The notes below the pieces were generated by a model that did not search any database, had not been told where the DNA came from, and saw only the letters and a program-made list of their open reading frames with translations. Below, one piece after another: positions 1 to 15,800 of a stretch of 64,000 nt of DNA. How positions within the stretch are numbered: the first letter of the stretch is position 1; every line of letters starts with the position of its first letter. The position numbers and the translations under genes were made by a program. This stretch comes from Balanoglossus misakiensis (lineage: Eukaryota > Animalia > Hemichordata): positions 1,028,736 to 1,092,735 of the forward strand of contig CM082596.2 of assembly GCA_040954595.2 (NCBI GenBank), in the 5' to 3' direction.

Positions 1-480
1 GTTCGAGTGAGGGTCAACTTAAAACAGACACGTTCATTTTCCATTTGATAGGGTCACATCGCCTTTATGCAGACACGTCTTCAAGTATTGTCTGCAGGCG
101 GTGTCATCATATTCGAGATTCATAATACATTTATGATACACAGCAGTGAAATAGAACATATACCAGTTATACCAGGACCCACATCACAGCACACCATTTC
201 AACCAGTGTAAAAGTTGAAAAAAAAAGAGATTTATTTTCCAAAATGAATTAATTTACATCAGTGATACATTTCATAATACATAGATACATTTTTTCTCTT
301 TGTCTGTGGATACATAAAGTTTCAACAATGAAAATCTGGACTTGAGGGTGATCAGAGCGCCGTCAATACTAAATCTATTGCTAGCGTATGTTGCATTTGA
401 AACTGTATCTCACAAGAAGTGATGATTTAACTTGCTCAAATCATGAGTGGAAATGTCAAGGACAGTGTCACTGAAGACTG

Positions 481-1318
481 TTACATGAACTTCTTGGTTC
501 TTGGTCTTGAAGGCACATCAAACTCAATATAGTTGTAGCCAATTAGCATAAGTATTACAGATACACCTGAAAGAGGGGAAAAAGGATTCAGTAACAATCT
601 CTGTCAACTTTAAAATTCAAAGATTTAAAATGAAGTTTTCAGTGTATGATAAGACTAGTTTTTCATCTTACCTGCGACTAATATTGGAGTAATCACACCT
701 ATTTCAACAGCTCCACTTTTGTACACAAATACTTCCAGTAGAAAATGACCCAAGGCTATGATAAACGATATCAGTGTTAAATTATAAATCCTACAAAAGA
801 AAGAAATGTGAACATGAATAAGTAAGTCAATCCGAAGTTTCATAGAGGTGTTCACAACTATCATGCAGTCACACATCAATGCTCCTGGGGGCGCTGTTGA
901 CAGTTGGTGCATGAAGATACAGAACTTACGGTTTACATGTTATGTAAGCTGCTCCAAAAAATCTTACAAAGGCAGCTAGAAGTGTCCAGACCCCAAATAA
1001 CCTTGACATCAATGGATTGACTAAAAAGAAATAAAAGTAGAAAGAAAAGACAATCTGTTTAATCAGCAATCATGTGGACTCAATTCACACCTCTGTGGTA
1101 TCACTTATGTTTAATTGAGTAAGCAATACTTAATTATTATCGAGTCAACCAAAATCTCAAGAATGCACAGGCCAGAATTACTCACCAAAGTTGGGTTGAA
1201 CTGTATAGAGTCTAGCTGGGACAGATTGACTGACAAAACATTGTATAGTACTTCCAAAAGCCATGACTGCTACCAAGCAGATCCAACCCCTAAGAACCCT
1301 CTCCATATTCAGTGCCAT
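481..1318 (-). CDS. ERG28: Ergosterol biosynthesis 28 homolog (C14orf1), 142 aa
   Basis: Four GT-AG exons (1318-1186, 1020-930, 790-672, 566-481) join in frame: MALNMERVLRGWICLVAVMAFGSTIQCF...RLYTVQPNFVNPLMSRLFGVWTLLAAFVRF...IYNLTLISFIIALGHFLLEVFVYKS...IGVITPILVAGVSVILML...KKFM*. Collinear with human ERG28 (LRSWLV...FGIWTLLS...LALGHFLSELFVY). Probable upstream exon has a donor at 1465. Confidence 0.93.
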
Positions 1319-1465
1319 GATCTACAAAGTCACTGTCCTAAAAATCAAAGGATAAACAACTACAACAAATGTTATTACATGAATTATTATCATACAATGT
1401 GGTACAGTCCCTGATCCCCATACAGAGGACTAGATCAAGGCTTCGAACACCGAATGTCCACTTAC

Positions 1466-1731
1466 CGGTTATGCAATGTGTACAAATGTACATCGTACGA
1501 CAACATGGGTGTCAAAGGTCATCTTTGAAATTTAAATATGTCATATGAGGTCATATGGTTGAAGAGTGTCCGTGAACTGTATCGATGTGACTGTCACTGC
1601 ATTGAGTGAAAAAGCTGCACCAAATGGAGTTGTCTCTTTAACTTATTCTCTAAAACAAGCTTTTTACTGATGTTTCTCTCAAGTAGACAGTATAGTTCAG
1701 TTTTTATACGATATCGTGGAGATATGCCAAG
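1466..1731. promoter_or_regulatory. Putative bidirectional promoter shared by ERG28 (-) and the GT47 gene (+)
   Basis: The ERG28 upstream-exon donor (1465) and the GT47 ATG (1732) are only about 270 nt apart, head to head. Confidence 0.6.
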
Positions 1732-4700
1732 ATGATTCGTGTTCTGCGATTCTATTTTTGTCGGAGATGCTCGCCACTCAGATTGCTCTTTTTTGCTGTC
1801 TTGCTGTTCTTCCTCTTAACTGTGCTGTCAATTACTGCAATGCAAAAGGTAGGTTGATAAAATAATGATGTTTCAATTTGTCTGTGGCCAGGGTTTTAAC
1901 TAGGCCAATAGCTAGTTGCTACATGTAGCTGCATGAAGACGTTTCAGTTTAGTTGCCAGGCAACAAGGTATACGTGCCCAATGCAGCAAAAATTGTAAAG
2001 ACATCCATTTTCTGGATATTTTGCAGATTCAGCAAGAACACCTCAGACAAGAAAGACTAAGAAATGCTGACCAGGTGAAACGAGAAAGGCATTCAAATGA
2101 GGAGGCAGATAAAGGTTGTACAGATGTAGGAAACAAGGACATTGTGTATTCTCAAAGAACCAACAGAGATATTCTTGGAGAGGTAAAGTCCTTTAATACT
2201 TTTTCTGTAGACCTTGGATAGATGAATTTTGAGGGTTTACCGGTCTTGTGGGCAGTGGATGCTGTGATTTCCAGAATCACACATCCTTCTTCATTTAGGC
2301 CTGTTTTAATTACCCTCTGTGCCTTACACTGCCCTCACAGTTTAAAACTGGCAAATATTCTAACTTGTGCAAAACTCTAACCAAACATTATCTCTGTCAT
2401 TCCAGGACCTGTTTAATGTCAGAACAAACGATCTTAACGATTTAAAGAAAATCTGTAATGTTCTTGAGAGCTGTAAGGGCTTTAACACTAATGGTTGGTT
2501 GAAGAAAAGTTCTAGCCCAGTTGTCCAGGGACAAACTGATCTGTATATCAAAGAAATTGGACTTGTAAGTACTGGTTTTATCTCTTATCCACACATAACT
2601 TTTTCCCTTTCAATTTATCAGGTGTAATCATCACCCCTTACACTGCTAGAATTTAATAGGGAGTTAAATTTTAATGATTTCAACAGGATTTTTCAGATCT
2701 ACATGCGCACGAACAACAGATCTTCAGAAGAACTTATGAAGAAATGACCAAGAAACTGAAGATATACATCTATGATATCAATATTGGAATAAATATGAAA
2801 TCACCCAAGGATCCTAAATATGCTGTGGAAAGTCTTTTCATTGAACTTTTAGGACAAAGTTCATATGTCACAAAGGTAAATTGGCTTTATGCACTGTATA
2901 TTTTAATATCCAGTATTTTCAGTCACATGTAAATCATAGAAACCCCTCATATGATCATAAATGTTTATTCATTTTGTTACTTTTATATTTGAATCTGACT
3001 CAAAGGATCCGAGGGAGGCAACGTTTTTCTTCATCCCTTCAAGATGTACAGCATACGTATCCTCAGTATCTGATCCTGAAGAGGGCAGGAAAGTTGCTCA
3101 GAACACCATGAAAGATATTGTCCAGCACATCAGACATAGGTAAGATATTGCATAGTAGATTATATGACATGGGAAAGATATATATAATCTGATATAGGTA
3201 AAGTATTCCTATACATGGAAGATATTGTGTGGGGTCTCAGACAGATATTGTAAACAAGATGTACTGTTTTTTTCTGACCAGATATCCATATTGGAATACC
3301 AATTTGGGCAGTGATCATTTCTACGTGTGCAGTCATGACATGGGGGCTGAAATAGCCAGAGAAGCAGACCCCAATCTGTTGAAAAACTCCATCGCATTGG
3401 TCAACACGGCTGATTACCAAGATGGCTACTTTGTGCCACACAAGGTAGGGACAATATCAAGAAGGTTGAAGGGCAAAGTCTGTTTAATATTTCAACTGAT
3501 TTGGCATTTGTAATTAACACTTTCATCCTGTGCTTAACATCAACATTTTCATGAACTCACACCACAGGATATATCATTACCACCACATCTGGGTCATCCA
3601 CCAATCATTGTTCCTGAAGTTGGCAAAGGTGGTAGGGATAGTCAATCTGCTGTGAGAACTACCCTGGCATTCTTTGCTGGTAATCTGGATAGGCAAGTAT
3701 TCTGGTGTCATCTGTCATCTCTTCTCTTTGTCATCATTTCATCATCAGTCATCGTAACCATGGTGTTTATACAGTCTTGTTTTCTGTTTTAAGTACTTTA
3801 AACTGGCCTTTCTTTCTAGTATTTAATTTAGCATCTTGAAGTTATTTTTGAATGTCTTGAGACAAGGAATATTTATGTCTTATTGGCTACAGTCAGTCTA
3901 TAAAGTTGACTTTCTTTCTGTCTCTCTCTCACTCTCTCATTCTTGCCAACAGAGGTCGTGTTCGTCCAGCATTTCAGAAATTGTGGTCTGATGACCCAGA
4001 CTTCAAGTTGGTGGATGGAACGCTGACTGATGAGAGTTATAAACATCAGCTGCTGACCAGTAAATTTTGTTTGGTTCTCAGAGGGAACAGGGTAAGTGTG
4101 GCGTGGCATAGACAGTATGGTTGTGGTAATGACAAGTAAAGTTGTCAAAGAACCATCCCAGTCACCATTGTATGTCCATGCAGATATCCAATGAGGTTTT
4201 CCTGTGCTATATTCACGTATATTTGTACCTAGTTCATGCAGCCATGGTTATGAAACAAGCAAGCCTGTAATATTATTCGGTGATTGCTTGTCAATGTCTT
4301 GGAAATGGCTAGGCTAATACTTTGTGGGTGTAATTTTTACCACCAGGTATGGAGTCAAAGACTTGTGGATGCTGTTTGGTTTGGTTGTATCCCAGTTATC
4401 ATGGCTGATTATTATCATCTGCCGTTGCAAGGAATCGTGGATTGGAACAAGATGGCTGTCATTATACCAGAAGCTAAGGTATGGAAAATGTCCTATCTTT
4501 GCTGAGTTGCTTCAAACTGCTATTGCAAAGATGGTATTTCATATGTACCCAGATATTGGAGGTTCTGATCTTAGAACTAATGGGATGAAAATTTGTTTTA
4601 TTGTGTTTCTCAGATTGCCGATGTGAAATCAATTCTGCTATCAATATCACCACAAGAGTTATCCAGAAAACAAGCTGCTTTATTGCAAAGTTACAGCTTT

Positions 4701-4790
4701 CTGTCCTGGAACATTCCTGCAAAACCATTTGATGCATTTCATATGGTGTTATACCAACTATGGCAGAAAAGGCACCTGGTAAAATACTAG
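1732..4790 (+). CDS. Exostosin-family (CAZy GT47) type II membrane glycosyltransferase, plant-like single domain, 443 aa
   Basis: Nine exons (1732-1848, 2027-2182, 2687-2875, 3006-3139, 3282-3444, 3568-3692, 3953-4091, 4347-4478, 4614-4790) stay in frame. N-terminal TM anchor (LLFFAVLLFFLLTVLSI), then GT47 motifs: YEEMTKKLKIYIYD, TKDPREATFFFIP, YPYWN...GSDHFYVCSHDMG, FVPHKDISLP, LAFFAG, SKFCLVLRG, RLVDAVWFGCIPVIMADYYHLP, FDAFHMVLYQLW. No GT64 domain. Confidence 0.9.
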
Positions 4791-5987
4791 TGTACTATTT
4801 GAGTCAACATGAACAAACGAAAAACAACTTGTTGTCACCTTCAGAGTATCACAGAGGATGTGTTTTAAGTAGCATGGGTAGTAGGGAATGATTGTCAAAT
4901 CCTAGGATGCAATATTTTGAATATTCTTTTATCACAGAATGCTAGAGCAGTGTTTTAGCTGAGATTGGATGAACTGCACAAGAAATCAGACATAAATTTC
5001 TAGAGATTTTTTGGTGAGTACTTCTTAGAATTTTAAATAGCTTTCAGTAAGCGATATCTTGTCTTTGATCAAGCTTATGACTTCTGCTTTTGATGGCATC
5101 TATCCTTGGAAGAGAACATTTTTAATTCTGCTGGCCAGTTTTAAATGTTGGTAAGTTCTTGGAAGAGAAGAACTCGAGGTCATTGGTAACACTACTTATT
5201 TCAAATCATTGAGAGAGCAATATGTACAGACAATGATAGGGTTTTAAAATTTTGTAAACTTATTTCATTTTTATTGCAAAAATGTGCATGTCGCATGTAA
5301 TGTGACAGATTTTTGTATTTTTATAATTTATTCAATGATTTATGTTAATTCAATATTAGAAGTTATTTATGATAAATAGCAAATATTTAATAAAATAGCC
5401 AAAGAACTGTATCTAAGGATTTACTTCAACACCTGGGACCCAGCAACAAACATCACATTGTTACTTTCACACACAACACAAACAAACAAACAAACAAAAC
5501 ACTAAAGAATGCTGACTGAATCTCACATGAATACAAGTTATTTTATTTCAAAATAATATCAATACTTTGAAGTCACATCTACTCAAAATTTTTCAACACA
5601 ATGTTAACATGATTAGTATTTTTAATCTTTGAAGTTCCATCTCATGTAAGCACCAAAGTTGGTCTACATCCACACGTGCTTTGACCCCCAAATATGCAAT
5701 CAAATGACCTAAAGACTTTTTGAAAATAAATTGTCACATTGATTAATACTCAGTACATAACCATGGCGGTCCAATAATGACATGCTACATGATCATGTAG
5801 GTGGTTTCATTTTTCTTGTCCACCTCTCACAAAGTTTATCAACATCACTGGAAGGTTAAACTCTAACAATGTAAATGCATTCCAAACTTTGCACTTTCTA
5901 AATGATGTTTTCTCAAAAGTAATATAACAGCCTATCCTTTGGCTGTATTAAGAGTTCCTGAAAATATTTTATTATAGTTGTTGATGA

Positions 5988-7669
<1,682 letters not shown>

Positions 7670-8794
7670 CCTTATTCGAGCCCCAAAATGCCAATCTTCG
7701 AGTTGTAAACTAGAGTCTTTTTGTGTAAAATGTCAGAGGGTCAGACAGCAGTCACCTTCTTGACATTTTGTTTCGAAAATTGGGGCGATCTTACAGTCTT
7801 TGGGCTTCCTTGACTTCAGAGACTATGTGCAGTTTGAAAAAATTGACGGTGGCTTCCTAAAATGAGACATTTAGGAGCAAAATTTCGTTTTAAAGCCAAA
7901 TCCACTTGGCTTGTACACAGAAATAGATCGATGTCGATTTCGCCGGCAAGATTTAACAACTGGATGACGCATGCGTATTTTAATCATGATGCATTGCGAG
8001 AAATTAACACTGCCATCAGTATAGCGCAGCGCCCCCATTGGGCCGAAGTTGAAAAAAATAACAGCCTGGAAACAGACGTTTTTTCGTCCTTTTCCATTTC
8101 ATACAATGCACATACAGCAATTTATTTTTCTCCATAGATATTTATTGCACAAGGAAATCTAACATTTACTGACACAAGCTGACAGTCAATGCTGCAAGGA
8201 AAGTAATTATCATGATAGCCATATTCATCAATTCATCATGAGTCATAGCTGTAAGAAATAGCTGCTGAACATGTTCTGAAATCCCTGGGATTAGTGCATC
8301 AACATGCTTCCAAAATCAGACTAATAATATGTTATGAAATATAATAAAATACTGAAAAAATACCAAAAATTACATATTAACTCTGTACAATACACAGCTC
8401 CATTTCAGTTATCTACCCCACTCATTCCTAAAAATAACCAAACCTTCAAGATGTACATGTTTATACCAAGCAGTATTAATACATCTGTAAGAATAAAATG
8501 CTACCGAAACTGAAACTCTTAATCTGATAAAAACTTAGCCATGGTAAACACAACTTTTAAAAAATTCATATTATCTTTGCAATTCACATTGCATTTGAAA
8601 TCAGGAATTATTTAATATTTACATTACATTCCAAAGTACAAATGAAATTGATATGAAAACAGTCAGAATGTATTGTCATTCATTATGGTCAATGTTAATG
8701 CCAACATAGCACCATCTGACTTAAAAGAAGAGATATGTTTCCTGCTAAATCATGAAACTCATAGTTAGCTGTTAATGAACTTCTTCTACTTTAG

Positions 8795-10566
<1,772 letters not shown>

Positions 10567-12825
10567 GTGAAGATCAAACTGCTAGCGATGAAATCAGGCT
10601 AAAATAAATACTATATAAGAAGGAAAACTACTTAAATTCGTCGGGGAATCCCTATATCAAAGACAAGTGGGCGTCTTCATTACGTGTTGTACCGGTGAAA
10701 TCCCCGTGTATGTTTGTTTGTCATTTATGAAACATAGTAACAGCAAAAGTCACCACAGAGGGCGTCCTTGGGTTGAGTTGCGTAACCATATTCTCTGAGT
10801 GTGTTGCTTAGCAACAAAGTTATTATTTTGTAATAGTTCGCATCAGGAGAATGACAAAAGTAGTCCTTTGTCCGTCTAAAATATCAAAGTCCACCCGAAG
10901 TTCGATTTAAAAACTTTGAAACAAAAATGATGAGAGGACAAATGAAAATGCAGCAAAATTTTCGTTTTATTTACAGCTTATTCGCAAAGATATAAAACAA
11001 GTACAATAACTATACCCGAACTCATATAGTAAATGAATAAAAATCATATTGATAAAACAAAATCTGCAGCTAAATATGAAAACAAGTTTAAAAGTACATT
11101 GTAGTTTTTCACTAAATTGGTTTATGGTGATATGCATCTTAGTGCAGGATGTTTGGAAATTGAAAGTGGAAATCTTAAAGTGTAAATGTAACTTGTGTGA
11201 CTTTTATGCATTGATTAATTATTAATATGTGTAATGCTGAAACTTCACAGCAATGATGTCAGCCATAAAATGTAACATTACATCAGGCAAATTGAATATG
11301 TGACAAAATAAAATATGCTGAATAGTCACTAGGGATAGGCAACACACAATGTTTTACATACTGGTAATACAAAGAGAAGTTGTACAGCTACTTAGAAGCA
11401 ATTTATTTGTAATGACTATCCTACAAAATCATTAACATTATAATTTCTGTGATGGTTTTTAAGTGAGAATGATTTGTAATCGATATACTCTGTAAAAAAA
11501 AAATTGAAATATACAGTGCACTGAAAAGCAATAAAACCATAATTTGGATATCAAAAATACAATATTCAGTGATTTTATACAAAGACTTCTGCAGTAAGAG
11601 TGCTATTCAATATAGAACAAAGCTGTGACTCCAATGAAAAGGCAGCCCCTTCAATCAATAAGCCTTTTAAATAATTTGTACTGGTCTCTTGCAAATTGCG
11701 TTGGCTTTTATCAGACTGGACGGCTCTCTGAGGACGGCTGTGTTTTTAATACACACATCTCATGGGAAAAGAATCACTCAATAAATAATAAAAAATGCAA
11801 TGATATAATATATCCTGCCAGCCCTTACAATTATTAAAATATAATATTTTATTTATATTGAAAACAAATGTTTGTAGGACTAGACCACTCTAAAATGAGG
11901 TGAAAAGGTTCTAATTTTATAATGTGCACATTTATAATGTGCTACGTTTGACAACACTTCCCTTGTGAACTATATCCATTCCACCTGAATTTCTGTGTGT
12001 GTCTGTGCATAAGTTGTCAAATGTCAAATGTCAGGTTTTATGGTTGGTATGGCAACATGACTAGAAGCATCATCTGGGTATTCATATACACACCTCGTTT
12101 CTATAATCCCATAAAATGAAATGACACTACCAAAGACTAAAAATGTTGAAGCGACTGATTTTACAGCTATGACTAAAATGGCGTTACAGAAAAACATTTG
12201 TAAAATACCAATAATAGTATGAACTACTGAAAATATTGTCAGAAGAAGTATACGACCATTGATATGTTTCAAAGATTTAAATAATGATACTTGTCTTGTA
12301 ACTTGATAATTGGATAATCAAACTGAGGCTTTTTTGGTTTCCTTTCATATGACATTTAGCTGTGATACTTGCACATTGTGTTATTTTGTCTTTTTGAGGA
12401 CACCTGTTGATCAACAAGGTAGAGAAATAATTCATGATAACATGATCACAGTGGCGTGAAATCACATTCGAAGCCACATAAACAACCTAGGGGGTGTGCT
12501 TTCATTGCGCCACCTAGGCATTCAAATGTAAATATTTTTTCTTTAACAAGGTTGCTGGGGAGTGAAATTCTCCTCAGTCATGATGTGAATGAATTAAGGA
12601 GTGTGCTGTACATATACATGAATGTAACATAAAGATTCGAGAAGTCAGTTTTGGTACATTCGTAGACGATTATCTCTCGACAGGTCTGTGTCAGGGTATT
12701 ATGCATGGTTTCTCTGTCTTTCCCATTCTTGATTACACTAGGGTGTACGCTTTCATTGTTGACCACTTGTGCTAGGGAGTACATGCAAATGACTGCATCA
12801 CGGAGTGCGTTCATTGGCTATCACC

Positions 12826-15800
12826 TTAAAGACGATGAGCTAGGGAGTACACTTTCATTGCGTGCAGTTTACGCGACAAGGCCGGCATACCGATCAGATG
12901 TAGATACCTCATAAGTTCATCTCCATTAGCAGCTTTGCCCTTTACAGAACGCCACATTAATAATGCATTAAATATCATCTCTTTGGGGTTATCTCGGAAC
13001 TGCCTCTGAACCGATCTGATATGCTCGTTCTTGAAATGTAGTGCCCGCATCAGGTGAGGTAACTCGCGGTCGATCAGGTTGACGGACACACAGCCAAACA
13101 TCTTCATCAACAGGGCCTCTGTAATATAAACAGAAATAATTCATATGAAGATTTGTGTGCAAGGTTTCAGAGCATAAGAAGCAGATTTATACATGATTTT
13201 CACAGAACACTGCACTTCCTCAAATAAAGGAGCTAAAAAAGGAGAAGTGTTAATGACTGAGCAATTTGTGGAAAGATGTACATTTGTAACTCTTCCCACT
13301 GAGAGTGATAACGGCTTTTATGTCGTTAACAGATATTGTAGACAAAGCCATCATCTGAGCCAGACTGCAGTTTGCGTCAAATGTGCGTCAGACAAGGCGC
13401 AATGGGGATTGAAGCTGCCAATTTCATTTTGAAGTAGGTGAAAGGTTCAAAAACGTAGGTGGAATATTATTAAAAGCGCAGTTTCCCAGAGAGTTGCAGA
13501 GAGTGTTGAGATAAATGACTAGAAAAACGTGAGGAAAGTGGGTGTTTTGACGACCCCCTGGCTCCAATATCATTATAAAAAGGCTGGCTGTGCTTCAGTG
13601 AACGCACCGACTCAGACTTTCTCTGCAAGAGAGTCCTGTGGCAATAATCTGTGAAAAGCTGTTTGATTTGCAGAGATATGTCACTTTGAAACACAGCTAG
13701 CACCTGAGGCTGACTTGATCAGATCGCAGCTGGTTTCAAGCTGGCCAATTTCACATGCAATCACAGACTCAGTGTTCATTACAAATCAGTACAGAGTCTA
13801 ATAAGGGGAATCGCTAAACGTTTTCATTGCTGCAGGGTTGCAGTTTGTGGGTGCCTTTAAATCATACTGATAAGAGTTTAATGCATGTATACTTCGGTTT
13901 GGCCCATCAGGCTAGCAGATATTCATGGCAGAGTCAATCAATTTTCTAATTGGAACATTTTCTAATTAGAAAACTGCAAGTCACAATTATTTCTGATATT
14001 TCCAGTAATTTCAAGTTGCACAAAGACTTTGACCTTATTTGAGGTGCAGTCTTTGTAGAAACAGCTGCCAATATTTACATCAACATACATGTATCTGAAC
14101 AATCGGTTCGTTTGATTTATGTTTTTATGTGTGCTGTCACCAAGTACTGATCGATAAAATCAAATCAAACATCTCTGAGCATCCTTGAAATCGTGAGATT
14201 TTCATGTTGACATCACCAATGAAAAATACCAAACCTATCCAAATTATCGCAGTGAATCGTGGACAATTTCCAACATGTAAAACAGCTTTGATAAAATTGA
14301 GATAAGCATCACAATTTTTCTAACAAAGAATGTTTTGAATTGTTCTGGTGTTCCTGACTCCTGTGTGCTTATTTGGAACTGCCTGGCAAATAAAATTGAA
14401 TTCTCACTTAGGTCTGCATATTTATTACTTTATTCGCTTTTATTGTCATCATTTCTGTCTCGCCCACAGGTGCTACAATCACCGTTGTTGTGCACAAGAA
14501 TAAAAATGTCCTGAGTGTGCATATTTTACCCGTGACCTCTGACACCAATGACCATAACCATGGCAACTGACCTTACATAGTCCCTACTGGTTAAGCCTAC
14601 TTGTCCACAAGAGGTGTACTTTGGAGTGTTTAGCAACAAAGCATTGCCTCTGTGTTGAGTTGTCAAGACAAATATTATGCTTGAAGTTTTAGAATTGCAG
14701 TCATCTCAAATTCTATACCAATCCATCTCCTTCTAGTTTCTGTGACAACTGATCACGAATGAAAATGTCTATGTGATGTACATGTATTCTAGCTTACCTT
14801 CTCTTTCTAGGGATCTTTGCAGAAAGTATGCAATGGGTTGCAGAATTCCTCCATCACAGATATCAGTCGGTGGATGTAACAGTGGATTATCCTCAAGTCG
14901 AAGATCTTCCACATTGATCAGGTTATCAAAATGCGTTGGTAGTTTTGATAGGTTGTTGTTGTCTAAATACAGTGCTGTCAGATTTTGCAGGGCACATAGA
15001 CTCTCTGGAAGGTGAGTGATTTGATTGTGTGAGGCTGAGAGTTTCTGTAGCTCGGTCAGTCTGCCGATGACTGTGGGTAACATGATCAGGGTGTTATTGT
15101 CGATGTTCAGTTCCGTCAAGTTGACCATCTCAGCGATGTTCTCGGGAAGGACGTTCATCTTCTTTCCCATATATTGGTCATACTGCAGCTTGGCAATGTT
15201 CGGAATCAGACACACTTCCACCGGGAATACTTCAAACTGTGTGTTGGATATGTTCAGTTCTGTCAGTGTCCTCATCAAGTACAACTCGTCAATCATCAGA
15301 CAGAGAGGATTATCAGACATGGAGAGTGACTCTAATCCTTTCATTGTACACAGCTCAGGCGGAAAATCCTCAAACTTATTCCTATCAAGAATTAAGCTGG
15401 ACAAATCTTGGAGCTCATTAATTTCTGGCGGAATGGTCTGCAATTGGTTACCACTCAAATCTAAGATGTCTAACGACTGGAGATTGCAAATTCCTTTGGG
15501 GAAATGCTCTATCTTGTTGTCACTGAGGGTCAGATGCGTCAGTGACAACATGTTTTCTATTTCTAACGGGATCTCTGTGATCTGGTTACTGTTAGCCGTC
15601 AGATATTCTGCTTTTGCGAGCGAACAAATGCTCAATGGGAAATGATCCAATTGGTTGTCATTGATGGACATGTGTTTGATGTGACGCATATTAGTGACTT
15701 CAACCGGCAGACTTGTTAGTTGATTTCCTGCCAGGGAGAGAATCTCAACATCTGATAAGAGACAAACATCTTCGGGCAGATGCTCAAGACAGTTGTTGCT

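Noticed and set aside
1-252. Short ORFs at the left edge
   Set aside because: No recognisable homology or splice structure in any frame.
15025-15645. 206-aa plus-strand ORF and neighbouring short ORFs
   Set aside because: Antisense shadow of the LRR-coding exon; no independent motifs.
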